Below, in pieces: positions 50,525 to 62,390 of a DNA stretch of 64,000 nt (position 1 is its first letter; the number at the start of each line of letters is the position of its first letter). The stretch is taken from the NCBI GenBank assembly GCA_963845145.1, contig CAWJQU010000005.1, positions 896,001 to 960,000 on the forward strand, given 5' to 3'. The position numbers and the translations under genes are program-made. Source of the DNA: an uncultured delta proteobacterium (GTDB lineage Bacteria; Desulfobacterota; Desulfobacteria; Desulfobacterales; QNYZ01). The notes below the pieces were generated by a model, which searched no databases, was not told where the DNA came from, and worked only from the letters and a program-made list of their open reading frames with translations.

Positions 50525-51330
50525 AACCTTTTACCCTTAACTTGGTTTTGACGACGATTTTTTATCCGAGAACTTTTCATTCTCGGATTTGCGCCACAGC
50601 TTACATTACTCTGGATTAATCCGGCCCTGTCTGTATCATCGATTGTCCAATTTTTCAATCGCTGGCAGGGGCTTTTTCAGGGCAATTGCAAGTAAAATCA
50701 ATTTTGAATGATTTTGATTGAATAATTATTATTCCAAGCAGCCTTAAGCTGTTTAGACTGAATGCCGCTATTGAAGCGTTTTTATTTTTAAACAGATGGA
50801 ATATACGCCAAAAAAAGATTGTTTTTTTTAATGTTGGACGTGAACACTGCATAATAATCCTCACCCCTTTTGTGAAGAATCCCAATTTCGGTTATCTTGC
50901 GGGACAATGCCAGGGCTATCGCAAATATCAATTATATTTTCTAAAATTTACTTGCGATTTCCCTAGAGGGCTTTTTTGGGTGAGATGATTTTCGTGATAA
51001 ATGTTATGAGACAGAAACCAATGGGTTTTGTTGACACCCGGCAATGGCCTGGTGACACTTGAGGTAATAAGACATCGTCAAAAAAGGACTTTATAAATAC
51101 AACAAGAACGTATTCCAAAGGGGTATTCAGTCGGAGCATGCCATCCGCGTACGATTCATCCTTGCCCGCTCCTGATGCCAGCTGCGTAAGTCAGGTCCTG
51201 TTGGTGTTAAGCATAGCGAAAGCCAGCAATCGGAACGGATTACATTAAACCATCTTATTTGACACATATCAAAAAAATGGTCATAAATAATTAATATTAA
51301 TCAACACCGATAATTAATACAAGGGTTCTT

Positions 51331-52197
51331 ATGAAAGCCTACATCGACATCGTTAAAAAGGTACTTGAGGAAGGCACCGAAAAGAAAAATAGAACCGGTA
51401 TCGATACCATTTCAATACCCGGCACCATGTTTGAACATGAGATGTCGAACGGCTTTCCTTTGTTGACGACCAAGCTTGTCCCTTTTCGTTTGGTGGCGAG
51501 TGAATTGGAATTTTTTATTAAAGGCATTACCGATAAAAAGTGGCTACAAAAAAGAGACAATCATATTTGGGATGAATGGTGTTCGCCTGACACGGTTCCT
51601 TATGGTCATGATGATGAAACCCAGAGAAAAATGTTGGAAGAGCGAGACTTGGGGCCTATCTATGGGTTTCAATGGCGACATTTCGGGGCGCAATATACGG
51701 CCTATAATTCGCCTCCGGCGACACCCGGCATCGACCAATTTAAAAAGCTGGTTCACTCGTTAAAGACCCATCCTGAAGACCGAAGAATGATTGTTTCGGC
51801 CTGGAACCCCATGCATTTGCACCAAATGGCCCTTCCGCCTTGTCATTACAGCTTTCAGATTATTGTAACCGCTGAAAAACTAAACCTGTTATGGAATCAA
51901 CGATCAGTAGACATTGCCTTGGGGCTGCCTTTTAATATCGCCAGTTATGGGTTGCTACTTTGTTTACTGGCCCAGGAATCGGGGTTGGAAACGGGTCGGT
52001 TGGTGGGGTTCCTTGGTGATTCTCATATTTACGAGAATCATATTGAGGGCCTCAAAAAACAGATTAAAAAAGAGCCTTTTGCGCTTCCACAACTAACATT
52101 TCATCGCTTTAAATCTATTTTTGATTGGAAATATGACGATTCGGAAATTATTAATTATAAACACCACCCCCCGATCAAGTTCGATATCGCCGTCTAA
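51331..52197 (+). CDS. thyA: Thymidylate synthase
   Basis: NRTGIDT, FPLLTTK, LGPIYGFQWR, MALPPCH, QRSVD..LGLPFNIASY, HIYENH. Confidence 0.96.
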   Translation: MKAYIDIVKKVLEEGTEKKNRTGIDTISIPGTMFEHEMSNGFPLLTTKLVPFRLVASELEFFIKGITDKKWLQKRDNHIWDEWCSPDTVPYGHDDETQRKMLEERDLGPIYGFQWRHFGAQYTAYNSPPATPGIDQFKKLVHSLKTHPEDRRMIVSAWNPMHLHQMALPPCHYSFQIIVTAEKLNLLWNQRSVDIALGLPFNIASYGLLLCLLAQESGLETGRLVGFLGDSHIYENHIEGLKKQIKKEPFALPQLTFHRFKSIFDWKYDDSEIINYKHHPPIKFDIAV

Positions 52198-52254
52198 CAT
52201 TGGAATTATTAAACCCGCATGGTTTAAACTGAAATAGTTTATGACTGAATTTGC

Positions 52255-54688
<2,434 letters not shown>

Positions 54689-54720
54689 ATTTTTATTAGC
54701 TTCTTTCTTTGAATTATCTT

Positions 54721-55839
54721 TTAAATATTCATGGCCATAATTGCGGAAATATAATTTTTATCTTCCACTTCTTCAATCAGGCAGGGAAATTTCTCCCCGC
54801 GAATATTAACAACCACCTTGTCGCCTTTAATCACATTAAGCGTTTCAATCAGATATCTCGGGTTATAGGCCATTTCCACCGGATCGCGATGATACGCCAC
54901 CGGCATATCTTCCTTGGAATCGCCCAGCTCATTGCTGCTCGAACGGATGTTCAAGTTCCCGTCGCTAAAGGCGAACATCACCGCCGGGTACTTATCCATG
55001 GTCATAATGGACATACGCTTTAGGGTCTGCAAAAAGGATTGTTTTTCCAATACCAAATCATATTGGGGATCTTTCATAATAGCCTGATCGTATTTGGGAA
55101 AATCGCCTTCCAAGAGTCGAATAAAAAAAGATTCATTTTCATTTTGAAGAATCAAATGGTTGTTTCCAATCCCAAACTTTACGATTCCTTCCGGTTTCAG
55201 GAATTTGGCAACTTCGATCAATCCCTTTTTGGGGATGAGAATACCGTCATTAACGGGTAACTCTACGCTTTTACCATAGGTATAATCCACTTTTGCCAGG
55301 CGACCAATGTCGGTTGAAACCATACGCAGCAAGCGACGATCGTCCTCGGTGACGGTATGCAGGTAGACCCCGATGACATGCGGCCGTTTATCATCCACCG
55401 GTCCAATAATCCCCGCCGTTTTTTCGACCATATTCTTAAATTGACCGGAATCGATGTTTACCATTTCCACATCTTTAAAAACGGGGTTTTTAGGAAAGGA
55501 TTCCGGATCCATACCGGCTAAATGGTATTGGACGGTGTCATCACCGATTTCAACCCAGCGGTTTTCCTTCAATTTAAATTGAAGGTTTTCACTGGGAAAG
55601 TCCCTTACAATTTCAAAAAGTTTGCGTGCATTCAGGGCACAAACCCCTTCTGACTCAACCTGGGCTTTATAGAACCCTTCAAATCCAGTTTCCAAATCCG
55701 TGGCGGAAATATGAATCTGATTCGACGTCACCTTCATTAGCACCGTGGCCGTAATGGCCAGAGAACTTTTTCGTCCGGTCAAACCCTGAATGTTGGACAT
55801 GACATCTAAAAGATCTTTACGGGAAATGATAAACTTCAT
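54721..55839 (-). CDS. dnaN: DNA polymerase III beta sliding clamp
   Basis: 372 aa; ATDLE, VSTDIGRLA, LIPKK, RLLEGDFPKY, YNPRYL, C-terminal IMAM; upstream of gyrB. Confidence 0.93.
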   Translation of the reverse strand: MKFIISRKDLLDVMSNIQGLTGRKSSLAITATVLMKVTSNQIHISATDLETGFEGFYKAQVESEGVCALNARKLFEIVRDFPSENLQFKLKENRWVEIGDDTVQYHLAGMDPESFPKNPVFKDVEMVNIDSGQFKNMVEKTAGIIGPVDDKRPHVIGVYLHTVTEDDRRLLRMVSTDIGRLAKVDYTYGKSVELPVNDGILIPKKGLIEVAKFLKPEGIVKFGIGNNHLILQNENESFFIRLLEGDFPKYDQAIMKDPQYDLVLEKQSFLQTLKRMSIMTMDKYPAVMFAFSDGNLNIRSSSNELGDSKEDMPVAYHRDPVEMAYNPRYLIETLNVIKGDKVVVNIRGEKFPCLIEEVEDKNYISAIMAMNI

Positions 55840-55844
55840 TTGAT

Positions 55845-56037
55845 ACCTCTTTAATATGGTATTAAATAGTTTATATAAATATTACTCATGGTTCATACGG
55901 TTAATATCGTTTAAATTGTTGATAATTAAGGATATTTTTTCAATACGATTGCGCATGACGATGATGATTGCTTGTTAAAAAAAACACCCTTTTAAACAAC
56001 AAATTTCCGATTGTTCAAAAACGGCCGTTTTTGAACA
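55845..56037. other. AT-rich region with five DnaA-box-like 9-mers (oriC candidate)
   Basis: TTWTNAACA at 55917-55925(-), 55973-55981(-), 55990-55998(+), 56012-56020(-), 56029-56037(+), next to an AT-rich tract before dnaN. Confidence 0.4.
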
Positions 56038-56044
56038 TGCTGAC

Positions 56045-56584
56045 CTAAACGTTTTTATCATCACTGTTAATCCAGCTAATTATTTCAGACCGTGTTCGAT
56101 TGTTCCAGGCGTCACTAATTCTATCTTTAATGAATTTATTGTAAAATAAGTTGGTTACATCAAAAACAATTTCGTATAAAAGAATTTTTTCTAATACGGC
56201 CCCGGCTATATCATCGTCAGTGTCAGGTTTACCGGTAGTTGGTGTTTTCAAATTGCTTAAGCCTAAATTTTCCCCCTTAAGGGTAAACCGCCAGGATTGA
56301 CCGTCGCTTTGATAATCCACGGCCAATTCCGTAACCAGCGCACCTTTGGACATTGCAACCAAGCCCTCTTTTAGATCCGCCTGATCACCTTTAATCGTAA
56401 TGGTTTCGACATCCTTAGCATGTCTGTTTTCCAGAACCATGCGGTCTCCGATAGAGAAAATGGTATCGGTTTTGGGATCAAACAGATCGGTGTATTTTTC
56501 GGTTGCGATCACATACCATAGCCAGGTTAAAAATTCCTGACCGAGAAATCGAAAACGGTTGTAGGCCACACTGACATCAAGCAT
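56045..56584 (-). CDS. RdgC-associated conserved protein
   Basis: FLGQEFLTWLWY...EGLVAMSKGALV...W.FTLKGE...GAVLEKI; tandem with the RdgC-like gene. Confidence 0.72.
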   Translation of the reverse strand: MLDVSVAYNRFRFLGQEFLTWLWYVIATEKYTDLFDPKTDTIFSIGDRMVLENRHAKDVETITIKGDQADLKEGLVAMSKGALVTELAVDYQSDGQSWRFTLKGENLGLSNLKTPTTGKPDTDDDIAGAVLEKILLYEIVFDVTNLFYNKFIKDRISDAWNNRTRSEIISWINSDDKNV

Positions 56585-56669
56585 AACTATTTAATATTCC
56601 GATTTTATTTAAAATATTTCAGATTTACCTGTTTTTGATTTTCCTGGCCTTGATTTACCCGGTCTTCAT

Positions 56670-57290
56670 TTATTGGGAAGCGGCGAAATGAGTCGGTGAA
56701 AGGTTACCTAACTGATCCAAATCACGATCGGTTAAGTCGCTCATATCGTGGGCTTGCGTATAGGGTATGAGTCGAATGAGGGAGACGGAAAATGATTTTA
56801 GAAAAAGGGTTTCCAATTCCTCATTGGCCGATTTTAAAGTTGAAAAAAACCACAAATTTGCCTTTTCGGGAAGCCAGACCACATCATAAATGTTGGGTGT
56901 GGCCGGAATACGCATACCTAAAGATGAAACGATCTGGTCTTTGATTTCTTGTTTTTCATGACGGGAAATAAACTGCTGCCCGTTTTTAGCCAGCCGGTGA
57001 GAGACCTCGGCCATATAGCGTTTTTGAATCACCTTTGACGGAATGGATTTTTTATCCATCCGCAAACAAAAGACGATATAGGGATCATAAACGAAAGAAG
57101 AGCCTGAAAAATCAGTCGAATAGGGATTTTTAAAGGAAGCCCACCCACAGGTTTTGCTTTCAGGGTTATTATCGATATCGGCAATGCGATGTTTGTACAA
57201 CCCTTGAGAGATGGTTTCCAATAAAGGCTGTTTTAATTCACCTTTTACCCGGTATCTCACAACCGATGTCGATGAAGAAAGAATACCCAT
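56670..57290 (-). CDS. rdgC: Recombination-associated protein RdgC-like
   Basis: MGILSSSTSVVRYRV.G, GWAS, FCLRMDKKSIP, EKQEIKDQI, P.IYDVVW, LFLKSF. Confidence 0.7.
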   Translation of the reverse strand: MGILSSSTSVVRYRVKGELKQPLLETISQGLYKHRIADIDNNPESKTCGWASFKNPYSTDFSGSSFVYDPYIVFCLRMDKKSIPSKVIQKRYMAEVSHRLAKNGQQFISRHEKQEIKDQIVSSLGMRIPATPNIYDVVWLPEKANLWFFSTLKSANEELETLFLKSFSVSLIRLIPYTQAHDMSDLTDRDLDQLGNLSPTHFAASQ

Positions 57291-57451
57291 TAGCGGCCTG
57301 TTTTTATAATTGGATTAAATATCAATATATTGTATTTATTAATTATATAGTTGTATACATGTAGCGTATTTGCTTTAAAAACTCAAGTTGTTTTTTTAAG
57401 AAGAAGGGCGCTCTTTTCGCGTAAAATGAATCATTTAATAAAGGCGAAACA

Positions 57452-60400
57452 ATGAAGTATATTGCCGATCTTCACGTGCATTCCAAATATTCCATCGCCA
57501 CGGCAAAAAATTTAGATCTCGAAAATGTGTATATATCGGCCCAGAAAAAAGGGGTTTCGGTTGTGGGAACCGGAGACTTTACCCACCCGGCATGGATCGC
57601 CGAATTAAAGGAAAAATTGATACCAGCCGAGTCGGGCCTCTATCGATTGAAAAAATCGATTGAAGACCGTTGTGATAGAGAGGTGCCGCGGTCTTGTAGA
57701 AAATCGATTCGATTCATTTTAACCACCGAAATAAGTAACATATACAAAAAACACGAAAAAACACGAAAAAACCACAACCTGGTACTGGCACCCGATTTTA
57801 ATGTGGCGGAAGGGATAAATGCCACCCTGGATAAAATAGGCAATATTAAATCAGACGGCAGGCCCATTTTAGGGCTGGATGCACGCAATCTTCTGGAAAT
57901 CGTGCTGGAAGCTTCTGAAAAAGCCATCTTGATTCCGGCTCATATATGGACACCCTGGTTTTCCCTTTTAGGGTCCAAGTCCGGATTTGACAGCGTCAAG
58001 GCCTGTTTTGAGGATCTCACACCCCATATTTTTGCGGTGGAAACCGGGCTCTCTTCGGATCCGGGTATGAATTGGCGCGTTTCCGATCTGGATAATATGA
58101 CCCTCATATCCAACTCAGACGCTCATTCACCCATGAAGCTCGGGAGAGAAGCCAATCGGTTCAACACGGATATGTCCTATGAGGCGATTCGAGAAGCCTT
58201 GATGAAGGGTGATCTTGACGCTTTTGAGGGAACACTGGAGTTTTTTCCCGAGGAGGGAAAATATCATCTGGATGGGCATAAAAAATGCGGGGTGCGGTTC
58301 ACGCCGATCCAAACCATTGAAAAAAAAGGAATCTGCCCGGTTTGCAACAAGCCCCTGACAGTGGGGGTTTTATATCGGGTAGAAGCCCTGGCCGATAAAC
58401 CGGTTGGTCGAAAATCACCCAAAGCGCGACCCTATCAACATGTGGTGGCGTTGGTGGATATTCTCTCTCAAGTCCTTAATGTTGGCCCCCAGTCAAAAAA
58501 GGTTCAAGCAGCTTATGAGGAGACGATAGCAATCCTGGGAGACGAATTTTCGATTCTTTTGGACCATTCCAGCGAGAACATCGAGAAAAAAAGCAAAATA
58601 CCCTTGCTGGGAGAGGCCATACGAAGAACAAGAGCGGGCCGCATCGAGCTAAACGGGGGGTACGACGGTGAATTCGGAACCATTCGGTTGTTCAGGGAAG
58701 ACGAAAAGAGACAACTGATGGGTCAGCAATCTCTTTTTAACCAAGCGGATTCTGAAAAAATTGAGAAAAAGAAAGAGGCGGTATCCGTTCCGCCACCCAC
58801 CCGAGCGGTACCCTTTAGAAAAAAGACAAAACCGGTGAGTGATCGTGACAATGAAAAAGATCTCTTGTCTCGCCTTAACCCCGCGCAACAGCGGTCTGTA
58901 TACCATGACGATACGCCATTGATCATCGCCGCCGGACCCGGCACCGGAAAAACGCTGACCATTACCGGTCGAATGGTTCATCTGATAAAGGATAAAAAGG
59001 TGCCGCCGCATCAGATCCTGGCCGTCACGTTCACCCATAAAGCGGCTGAAGAGATGAAAAGGCGTCTGGAAAGATACCTGCCGCAATCAAAGACCCTATC
59101 GGAAAAAATAGCCTGGCCCCAGGTGGCCACGTTTCATGCTTTTTGCATGGATTTTTTGCGAAAAAAACGGCCGGAAAATCCACCGATGGTCCTCGATGAA
59201 AGCGATCAGGAGAAGGTGATGGGTGATGCGATTGCCGTGGTGAAAAAAGTGGTCAAAAAAGAGGACCCATCCTTTTCTCTGCCGTCCGCCACCATCGGCC
59301 GGATGATCATGTCGGCCAAACAGAAGCTTCAAACCCCCGAAACCATGCCCATCGGACAGATCTCCGGAAAGGGGCCCCAAATCGATGAAAAAATTAAGAA
59401 GATCGCGGTCGCGTATCAAAACTTGTTACAACTGCTCGGTGTTTGTGATTATGAAGACCTGATCATTGAAACCGTAGCCCTGTTGAAAGAAGAAGCCGAG
59501 AAAAACGCATTGGCCGATCCCCGATTTCGGTATGTTTTTGTCGATGAGTATCAGGATATTAATGAGGGCCAGTACCACTTGCTGCGCGCCATTGTTTCTC
59601 CCAATGGTACCGGGTTGTGTGTGATCGGCGATCCGAATCAGGCCATTTACGGTTTTAGGGGATCGAACGTTCGTTTTTTTCAACGCTTTTCAGCGGATTT
59701 TAAGGCGGCCAAGCGTATCGATCTGACGCAAAATTATCGCTCAACCCAAACCATCGTTAATGCCTCGGTTCAGATGATAGGCCGAGGGCAATCGGAAAAA
59801 TTGATCCCAAAAGAAACCCTGTTTTCGAAAACAAAAAGGGGTAAGGCCATTGGCCTGATTAAATGTCGCTCCGAGCAGGCAGAAGCGGCCGCCATTGGCC
59901 GACGGATTGTCGCACTCATCGGTGGTCGCGGATATCATGATATCGACTTAAGACGCGCTGAAGCGGAACCCGACGGCCTTGCCCTGGGATTTGATGACAT
60001 TGCCGTTGTTTACCGGACAGGGAGACAGGGGGAAAAGATCGCAGACGTGTTTCAAAAAATGGGGATTCCCAGCCAGATGGTTGTGCGCCGACGCCAAAGC
60101 CATCACCAAAAAATACGTCAACTCATCTCCCTGCTGACGGTTTTAGAGGGAAAACCCGTGTATCAAGATATTGAGGCCATTCGGGATTTGTTTAAGGCGT
60201 GTCCGACGAAAAAAACCATGACAGCGTTTAAACACTGGGGGCTTCACAGGCAATTTAATCCGTCTGTCGCGTTGGAAAAAGTCCGGCTGACATCTGTCCA
60301 CACCATAACCCGCCCCCAGCAACTACGCCTGGAGGGGATGGTGCGGCAGCTTCGAGAACGTCAAAAAGAATTAAGACCTTTGTCCGTGGTCGACAAGGTA

Positions 60401-60910
60401 AGGGCCTTGGTTGAGGATCTCGATATAGTCTCTTCTTATAAAAAAGAGCCGGGCATTGAAGCGGTGGTTAATCAGATACTCGAGCGGGCCGGCCGGTTTG
60501 ACGGACGGGCCGACCAGTGGCTTTCCACCTTAGCCCTCCAGGCAGATACGGATACATTTCAACCGCAGTCACAAAAGGTGGGGCTGATGACCATGCACGC
60601 CGCCAAGGGGCTTGAGTTTCCCGTTGTCTTTATTGCGGGGTGCGAAGACGAATTGATCCCTTTCAGGCACAAGGGTGAAAAGACTGGCAATACCGATGAA
60701 GAAAGGCGGCTGTTCTACGTGGCCATGACCCGGGCCAAAGGGCAGCTTTACATGACCTGGGCCGACCAAAGGCGGATATATGGAAAGCGTGTCAGCCGCA
60801 CCATATCACCCTATATCGGCGCTATCGACAACGGGCTTCTTGAAGAGCAACAAACCACGAAACGAACAACCAAACCAAAGCCTATCCAACAATCACTTTT
60901 TGATTTATAA
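57452..60910 (+). CDS. Endonuclease Q-like PHP domain fused to UvrD/PcrA SF1A helicase
   Basis: N-terminal ADLHVHS, GTGDFTHP, PAHIWTPW, ETGLSSD, NSDAHS, GKYHLDGH..C...CPVC; then AGPGTGKT, VDEYQD, GDPNQAIYGFRG, NYRS, TMHAAKGLEF, EERRLFYVAMTRA. Confidence 0.92.
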   Translation: MKYIADLHVHSKYSIATAKNLDLENVYISAQKKGVSVVGTGDFTHPAWIAELKEKLIPAESGLYRLKKSIEDRCDREVPRSCRKSIRFILTTEISNIYKKHEKTRKNHNLVLAPDFNVAEGINATLDKIGNIKSDGRPILGLDARNLLEIVLEASEKAILIPAHIWTPWFSLLGSKSGFDSVKACFEDLTPHIFAVETGLSSDPGMNWRVSDLDNMTLISNSDAHSPMKLGREANRFNTDMSYEAIREALMKGDLDAFEGTLEFFPEEGKYHLDGHKKCGVRFTPIQTIEKKGICPVCNKPLTVGVLYRVEALADKPVGRKSPKARPYQHVVALVDILSQVLNVGPQSKKVQAAYEETIAILGDEFSILLDHSSENIEKKSKIPLLGEAIRRTRAGRIELNGGYDGEFGTIRLFREDEKRQLMGQQSLFNQADSEKIEKKKEAVSVPPPTRAVPFRKKTKPVSDRDNEKDLLSRLNPAQQRSVYHDDTPLIIAAGPGTGKTLTITGRMVHLIKDKKVPPHQILAVTFTHKAAEEMKRRLERYLPQSKTLSEKIAWPQVATFHAFCMDFLRKKRPENPPMVLDESDQEKVMGDAIAVVKKVVKKEDPSFSLPSATIGRMIMSAKQKLQTPETMPIGQISGKGPQIDEKIKKIAVAYQNLLQLLGVCDYEDLIIETVALLKEEAEKNALADPRFRYVFVDEYQDINEGQYHLLRAIVSPNGTGLCVIGDPNQAIYGFRGSNVRFFQRFSADFKAAKRIDLTQNYRSTQTIVNASVQMIGRGQSEKLIPKETLFSKTKRGKAIGLIKCRSEQAEAAAIGRRIVALIGGRGYHDIDLRRAEAEPDGLALGFDDIAVVYRTGRQGEKIADVFQKMGIPSQMVVRRRQSHHQKIRQLISLLTVLEGKPVYQDIEAIRDLFKACPTKKTMTAFKHWGLHRQFNPSVALEKVRLTSVHTITRPQQLRLEGMVRQLRERQKELRPLSVVDKVRALVEDLDIVSSYKKEPGIEAVVNQILERAGRFDGRADQWLSTLALQADTDTFQPQSQKVGLMTMHAAKGLEFPVVFIAGCEDELIPFRHKGEKTGNTDEERRLFYVAMTRAKGQLYMTWADQRRIYGKRVSRTISPYIGAIDNGLLEEQQTTKRTTKPKPIQQSLFDL

Positions 60911-61002
60911 AAATAAGACGGGAAGAAAGCCCAACCGAAACCCGCCACCGGCCCTGCCGCCGACCGGGCGCATCGGCCTACGGGCCAACCAAAAAACGAC
61001 AT

Positions 61003-62235
61003 CTAAAGCCGATAAACGATCGGTTTATCATCGGCTTCTATATCTATCCCTACCGTATCCCCGGTCCTAAACCCGAGGGAGCGGAATTTTTTTAACACTT
61101 CTTTTTCCCGCGCGTCGTGCCAATAGACCGACCACAAGGGGTTACGCACGGTATCGATCCCGTAAGCATCGTGCCCGCAGAGGCTTAAATGAAGGTGGTC
61201 TTTAGTGATCAAGGTGTCGGCCTCGGCCAGAAAATAGTCGAGGGCATAGAGGTTCTGGTGTAACAGGCCGGAAAGTTGTTGTTGAAGGGAGGGATTGTCA
61301 TCCAGATAATGATTGGCGACCTGGTAGAGAAACTCAGGCGGTTTCATGCACAATCCAATGACCCCGAAGCGATGGTGCATCAGAGCGAAGTTTTCGAGTT
61401 CCTCTTCAAAGGATTTGACGATTTGATTAATATCCTCAATTCGGCAAACAGGCCCTTCTTTCCCCAGAACAATCTCCTCACAACAATCGATTATCCGCAT
61501 ATAGACATCCTGCATATCCAGCAAATAAACGGGTCGTTCGCGATAGCTGCGTCGTATGCGGACCCGGCGGACACCGTCCAGCTTGATGGCCCGCTCTGTC
61601 TCCTTTTCTTCCAACAGTTCGATACCGGAAATATCCTTGGCTTGTACCACATAGATCTGGTTGTCATTGGAAAGAATGTATTCAATTTCACAACGAAAAC
61701 CGAGGCTTTTTTGAATGTCGGCGGAGATATCGATGAGGTGGCGGTTGTGGGGCGTCGAGGTTATATAAGGTTCGCTTTGAAATCGGCTGGTCCGGTTGCG
61801 GCAGTAACCGAATTCCCAGTGGTTGCGGATCTTTTTAGCCATCACGGAACTTCCTTCAATAAAAGGCATAACGATGACGCCCATCTGATCCGGATCGATA
61901 TTGGGAGCCTTGGCAAAACGTTGTTGCCGAATAATTGACAGCCGGCAGGAAGCATCAAGGGCCTTGATCATCTTTTTGCGCGCAAAAGTCACCCCGCCGA
62001 TGTCGGCGTAGGTTTCAAGCGAGGTAAACGTTCCCCCCTTATAAAACTCCTCGGCGGGGTGGGCGCTTCGGGCAATAACCTTGAAACTTTCGCGATGTTT
62101 TTCAAGAAACGCTTTTAAAGCGTCAAAGCGTTCTTTTTTAAAGTCTTCCGGAGGCACATAAATAAAATCAGGCACGTTAAAGCGCCCTTTTGTCAAGCGC
62201 TCCAGCAGCCGCGCTTTTTCCGGTTTATTCTCCAT
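61003..62235 (-). CDS. Hypothetical protein with N-terminal PPDK/PEP-synthase-type ATP-grasp-like domain
   Basis: EKARLLERL....NVPDF, IARSAH..EE...GGTF.S, MGVIVMP, EIEY.......YVVQAKDI; C-terminal half unrecognised. Confidence 0.68.
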   Translation of the reverse strand: MENKPEKARLLERLTKGRFNVPDFIYVPPEDFKKERFDALKAFLEKHRESFKVIARSAHPAEEFYKGGTFTSLETYADIGGVTFARKKMIKALDASCRLSIIRQQRFAKAPNIDPDQMGVIVMPFIEGSSVMAKKIRNHWEFGYCRNRTSRFQSEPYITSTPHNRHLIDISADIQKSLGFRCEIEYILSNDNQIYVVQAKDISGIELLEEKETERAIKLDGVRRVRIRRSYRERPVYLLDMQDVYMRIIDCCEEIVLGKEGPVCRIEDINQIVKSFEEELENFALMHHRFGVIGLCMKPPEFLYQVANHYLDDNPSLQQQLSGLLHQNLYALDYFLAEADTLITKDHLHLSLCGHDAYGIDTVRNPLWSVYWHDAREKEVLKKFRSLGFRTGDTVGIDIEADDKPIVYRL

Positions 62236-62390
62236 AATTATCCGCTCGTTATTGATTGACTTATTACCCCATAGCACATAGAAACGAATTGCCTTGCAAG
62301 AGGGACCATTAAAAACATGGTTTTTCAAGTGCTACCCGTTTAACATAATGCAACACTCCCTATTTGTTCAAGATAAAACAGCGGTTTTAA

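Noticed and set aside
50991..51010. Rex-like site TTCGTGATAAATGTTATGAG
   Set aside because: Second half-site too degenerate to call.
51125..51240. GC-richer patch before thyA with GTCAGGTCC (SRP-like) and CTGATG...GAAA (hammerhead-like)
   Set aside because: SRP GGAAGGAAGCAGC and the hammerhead CUGAnGA core are missing; no THF/ZTP riboswitch consensus.
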